Translations under genes and position numbers: made by a program
Shown here: positions 60,872-64,000 of the stretch, piece by piece
Layout of the letters: the number at the start of each line of letters is the position of its first letter
Position numbering within the stretch: position 1 is the stretch's first letter
NCBI GenBank assembly: GCA_037447605.1
Contig: CM074804.1
Coordinates: forward strand, 6,487,909-6,551,908
Length of the DNA stretch: 64,000 bases
Origin: Zygnema circumcarinatum SAG 698-1b
Taxonomy: Eukaryota > Plantae > Zygnematophyceae
Direction of reading: 5' to 3'
Notes under the pieces: model-generated
What the model was told of the DNA's origin: nothing
What the model saw: only the letters and a program-made list of their open reading frames with translations
Databases searched by the model: none

Positions 60872-63800
60872 ATGAGCGGCCCCTTCGGTCCTCCTGCAGC
60901 TGCCACGTGTGCCCTAACCTGCAGCTCGCCTCCAGGCCGAGCCTCCTTGCCGGGGGCGCAGGAGGAGGTCCGCGGCGGCCAGGCGCCCACAGCAGCCGCG
61001 GCTCCGCGTGAACGCTTTGCCTGCCTTCAAAGGGGGAGGAAAGGCTGCCGCTGCTTGAAGACCTCCCGCTGCTCTCTCGCGCATTTCTGTGGTCATAGAA
61101 GCACCTCGATTTCGGTGCAAGGAAGAAGCGCTGATTTTAGGAAGAGAGGAGCTGCGGCAGTGCACACTATGACTCCAGTTTTGGCAACCATTCTGTCTGA
61201 GGGTGGAAGGGTTTTGAGTATCCAGTCGCATACGGTTCAGGTGAGCTCATAGCACCATCGGGTATTGGCGGGAATGTTAAAGAATACATTTTTACTATCA
61301 ATGGAAAAAGGGGTACATAATGTAGCTCCATTTACATGAACTTCCTTGCCGAGCTAAAAAGCTCTGTCCCTTTGTGGAGAGTTTTTGGAATGCATGTGAT
61401 TGTGCTTCTTTGTTTCAAACTAGGAATCGCGATAGGCCGACTGTTTTCACAATGCCTTGCAGAATGTTCGTGATTAAGACACGACAAGGCTTGCAGACGT
61501 GCTCTTGTTCTCTTTCATGTTACAGGGCGATGTGGCTAATGTACGAACATTCTCGCTTCATCGTTTTATGCTGTGGAGAAAGGATTATGCTAGACGTACT
61601 GACACAGAATCCCCTTGTTGCGGTCAGGGTTATGTTGGAAATAAGGCTGCTGTGTTTCCCTTACAATTGCTCGGATTCGATGTCGATCCAATAAATTCTG
61701 TCCAGTTCTCCAACCACACAGGTTGTCCCGCCATACCTTTCTCACTTTTTCACGGCCATTTGGTGTGCTTCTTTTATTCCAAAATTAACATAGCGCTTTG
61801 ACCAGGTTGAAGTTTCGGTGAGACGCATTTTGACGATCAAGATAACAGCGATCAAAGCTGCTTTGTGCAATTTGTCATGTGGCCTCAATTTCTTATAGCT
61901 ATGAACGAGAACGCAAGGTCATTAGCCCCTCACATTGCAAACGACCTTGTGAGGGTAGCCTGAATGATGATGACAGTCATTTATTGTGAAAATATTTATT
62001 ATCCCCCTGATATGGAAGCTTAGGAAGTACTGTGCGTTGTGGACCATAGCGGCAATTTGCATGTTTCTTCGAGGACTGGGCAAAATTAACATTTGATCCC
62101 GCCGGCTTGTGCTATAGTTTTGGATGTCTTGTTGTTTAAGCTTGCTATGTTTTCTAGTCGATCAAATCTCAAGGAAGTGTGCTGGAGCAATATCTGGCAG
62201 GGTATCCTTCTGTAAAAGGACAAGTGCTGGACGGGGAACAGCTCTGGACGTTGATTGAGGGCCTGGAAGCAAACGACTTGCTTTTTTACACTCATCTGCT
62301 CACAGGTGAGCTGTTTCTACATGCAGGTGGACTATCCGTTCCTGAAGTTAGCAAGGCACTGTTGAATTGTAGCATATGAACAACGATTTATTTTATTTTG
62401 ATTTGATTTTTGATTTTTTTCTTGCTGCATTCTTTGGCATTTTCAAATATAGGTTAGATTCCCGCACATAAGTTTGCGTGACATGCATCTAAGGTGCACC
62501 GTCGTGATCTCCATTCCTTGGTGCATTGTTCAGGCTATATTGGCTCCCTTTCCTTTCTCAACACAATTTTGAGGGTGCTTGACAAATTGCGTCAAGTAAA
62601 TCCCAATCTCGTTTACGGTAAGTGTGCCTTGAACATTCTCCTGTCATCGAAACTGCCGATAGTGAGTCCTTTTGTAGCTCGCCATCTAGGTCACGACAAT
62701 GTCAACCCTTTTCGATCTTGGGAAAAATGATGTCAGTTTTTAAGAGTTGGGAGTCTAGTTACAGAAGAGGAGGAGCACTGAGACTAGCATGTCCTTGGTA
62801 ACCCCGTGAGTGCTTTAATGTTAGTGCTGTTTATTTCCTAGCTTCCCTGATTTTTTCTGCTGGGTTTATTCCTCTTTTCCCGCTTTTTAGCCAGAGCAGG
62901 TGGTGTTAATCAAATGTGAAAAGAGAATACAGGGTGTATCTTGTCAACCCTCGCATACATTGGATACCCTGGGTTGAACCTCTAGAAGTGCAATCCACGA
63001 GCATCCTTGTGACATAAGAGCATGGGGTCTTTAGCGATTTCCATTTCTGGGGGTGGTTGGGATCAGTATGCGACCCTGTGATGGGCGATGAGGGGCGTCT
63101 CTATATCAAGCCGGAGCTAGTGCCTGTGTACCGGGAAAAGGTGAAGGAGGATCCGCGACATCTGACACGTTTCATAAACGATTAATTGACTCGCTTCATA
63201 AACGATTAATGCTTCTGAACGAGTGAAAGCTACTTTCCTCACTGAATAGCAAACATTTAGCATGGTTCAACGGCATGCATGATTTTTGACAAATTTCTAT
63301 CATGTTTACCGCTCCATTTTCTCTTGTTTCGTTCAATAGATGTGGAATGAAGAGAGCTGCAGGGGGGGTTGAGGGAAAGGGAAGGTCATACCAAGCGCCT
63401 CTCTCATCACACCCAATTCGTTCGAAGTGGAGCAGCTGACAGGCGTCAGGTTGAAACGATACCTCTGCGCCCTTCTGCCACACATTTGACTGACCTTGCA
63501 CAAAGTTGGTGATCGTTTGGATTTTCAATTCCTTGACTGGAAGTGGTGGAGCACAGGAAGAACAATGTGGTGAAGACTCTTGACATCTGCCTCTGGTGGC
63601 CTCCAGACTTGTCACGGAAGCTGACGCACTTCGAGCTTTTGATATTCTTCATGCAGCAGGACCCCCAAAAGTGAGCAAGCACGGTTATGCTGTCCTTACC
63701 TCTCCCTTGGGAGATTACATCCAATTTGATCTGAATTCTTTTATATGCTTTATTCTCTGCATTTCAGAGAGTAACAGTGCATTTGTTCTGTGGCAGGTGG

Positions 63801-64000
63801 TAATAACAAGCATGGAACTGGATGGCGAGTTGGCTATTCTTGGCAGTGAGCGCATCAATAAAGTGGGTCCTTTTCCCATTCTTCCCGGCACTGGTGTAGC
63901 TTGAGAGCTTGCCAGCTTTTTAACTTTTCTCATTTATACTTTTTTTTTTTGGCTGCAGGTTGATGATAATCTTCAGCAGTTCATCATCAAAGTTCCGAAA
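60872..64000 (+). CDS. SOS4: Pyridoxal kinase (SOS4/PdxK), 3' end outside the window
   Basis: Exons: 60872-61240 (transit-like extension, then [12 protein letters not shown]), 61628-61721 ([31 protein letters not shown]), 62201-62305, 62534-62617 (GYIGS), 63067-63140 ([10 protein letters not shown]), 63385-63449 (ITPNSFE), 63607-63670, 63797-63860 (VVITS), 63959-end. Confidence 0.95.

Noticed and set aside
63171-63210. 16-bp direct repeat (ttcataaacgattaat) separated by 8 bp in a PdxK intron
   Set aside because: A simple local duplication; too little evidence for a TE footprint.
1-64000. tRNA, rRNA, snRNA/snoRNA, CRISPR arrays, intact transposase or reverse-transcriptase ORFs
   Set aside because: None recognisable by eye; a covariance-model scan (tRNAscan-SE, Infernal/Rfam) would be needed to exclude small RNAs.

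Overview
Eukaryotic, intron-rich plant-lineage DNA (streptophyte; a non-seed plant or streptophyte alga is likely, but the species cannot be determined from sequence alone). Ten genes were recognised by building exon chains by hand and comparing them with remembered Arabidopsis-type proteins: bZIP60 (-), exocyst SEC5 (-), AP-5 mu (-), PIG-Q/GPI1 (+), Hyp-O-galactosyltransferase GALT (+), Hyp-O-arabinosyltransferase HPAT (-), ALG1 (+), glutamate decarboxylase (-), BET bromodomain GTE1-like (-) and pyridoxal kinase (+, cut by the window end). There is also an unidentified gene at the left edge. The best-supported hidden feature is a complete IRE1 unconventional-splicing cassette in bZIP60: twin 7-nt and 8-nt loop hairpins, an exact 23-nt excision, and a frameshift that removes the transmembrane tail. 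The cassette is interrupted by a spliceosomal intron carrying an in-frame stop, and the gene also has a predicted overlapping uORF and UPRE-like promoter boxes. Other leads are an apparent cluster of ER/Golgi glycosylation and trafficking genes, a three-copy dispersed repeat whose core differs mainly at synonymous sites, CCGTAC motifs near almost every promoter, GC-AG introns in the GTE gene, and a G-box array upstream of GAD. Exon coordinates are manual and were not checked against RNA data or databases. There are two 10-N assembly gaps.
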